Shown here: one piece after another, positions 63,432 through 64,000 of the stretch
Numbering within the stretch: position 1 is the first letter of the stretch
How the letters are laid out: the number at the start of each line of letters is the position of its first letter
Assembly: GCA_013265495.1 (NCBI GenBank)
Contig: MU058065.1
Coordinates: 5,244,976 to 5,308,975, forward strand
Direction of reading: 5' to 3'
From: Vicugna vicugna
Lineage: Eukaryota
DNA: 64,000 nucleotides
Made by a program: the position numbers and the translations under genes
The notes under the pieces: model-generated
The model's database searches: none
The model's input: the letters and a program-made list of their open reading frames with translations, nothing else
What the model was told of the DNA's origin: nothing

Positions 63432-64000
63432 CAGAACAGTCTGCCCACAGAAGGTCTCAGACAAACTACGCTGGCTGAAGGGAACACCGCCCACTCTCCA
63501 CAGTGATGCTTCCATCCACACCCCCCCACCATGAATTACGCTGTTTACTCAATTTAAATACTAACAGGACCTCTACAGACATTCTGCTCCATTCTCAAAT
63601 CCTGCATCTAAACATTGAAAGCTCTGGCTGAGAGCCTAGATTTGGGTGAACCCAAGTGTGGCGCAGGGTCAGCCTTATGTTCCCAGCCTCTGCTCCCGAC
63701 TCCATCCACTCTGGCTGGAACCTTCCAAGTGCCTCCCAAGAACAGGCTGTATGTGGGAGTAAGTCCTCGTAAAAGAGAGAGAACAGAAGAGGCCAGCAAT
63801 CAGAATCCGCAGCCTGGAGCTTCGCCTTCATCGTTCACGGGCCGTGTGGCCTGGAGCGGATCCCTTAAGCTTTCTGAGGCTGCTTCCTCAAGTGCAAAGT
63901 GAGAGTAAAGCTCCCCGCCTTGCCTTTCTCAGTGCGTCATTTCGAAGCTCAAAGACAAGGTATGAGACATCTGTAGAGGACCAAATGCTTGCCGTTACCT

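Overview
This is placental-mammal genomic DNA that reads as a large intron or gene desert. I could not recognise any protein-coding gene, RNA gene, CRISPR array or prokaryotic-type system. The supplied ORFs are chance frames, microsatellite frames or transposon fossils; two match LINE ORF2 (L1 at about 10.1-10.3 kb, L2 at about 46.4 kb). Much of the window is ancient interspersed repeat: MIR, L2, L1M, MaLR/ERVL/ERV1 LTRs, and hAT-Charlie, Tigger and mariner MITEs. I saw no Alu, B1/B2, Bov-tA, SINEC or other young SINE. The best-supported notable element is an intact, apparently young 476-bp solo ERV1-type LTR (4477-4952). It has a perfect 4-bp TSD, three inverted CCAAT boxes at exact 24-bp spacing, adjacent SOX and octamer motifs, a TATA box and AATAAA. 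Weaker leads are several repeat-free candidate enhancers, a convergent pair of CTCF-like motifs, a CpG-enriched domain at about 48-54 kb and four unverified small exon candidates. Repeat family names come from my memory of consensus sequences, and boundaries are approximate unless a TSD or TIR is quoted.
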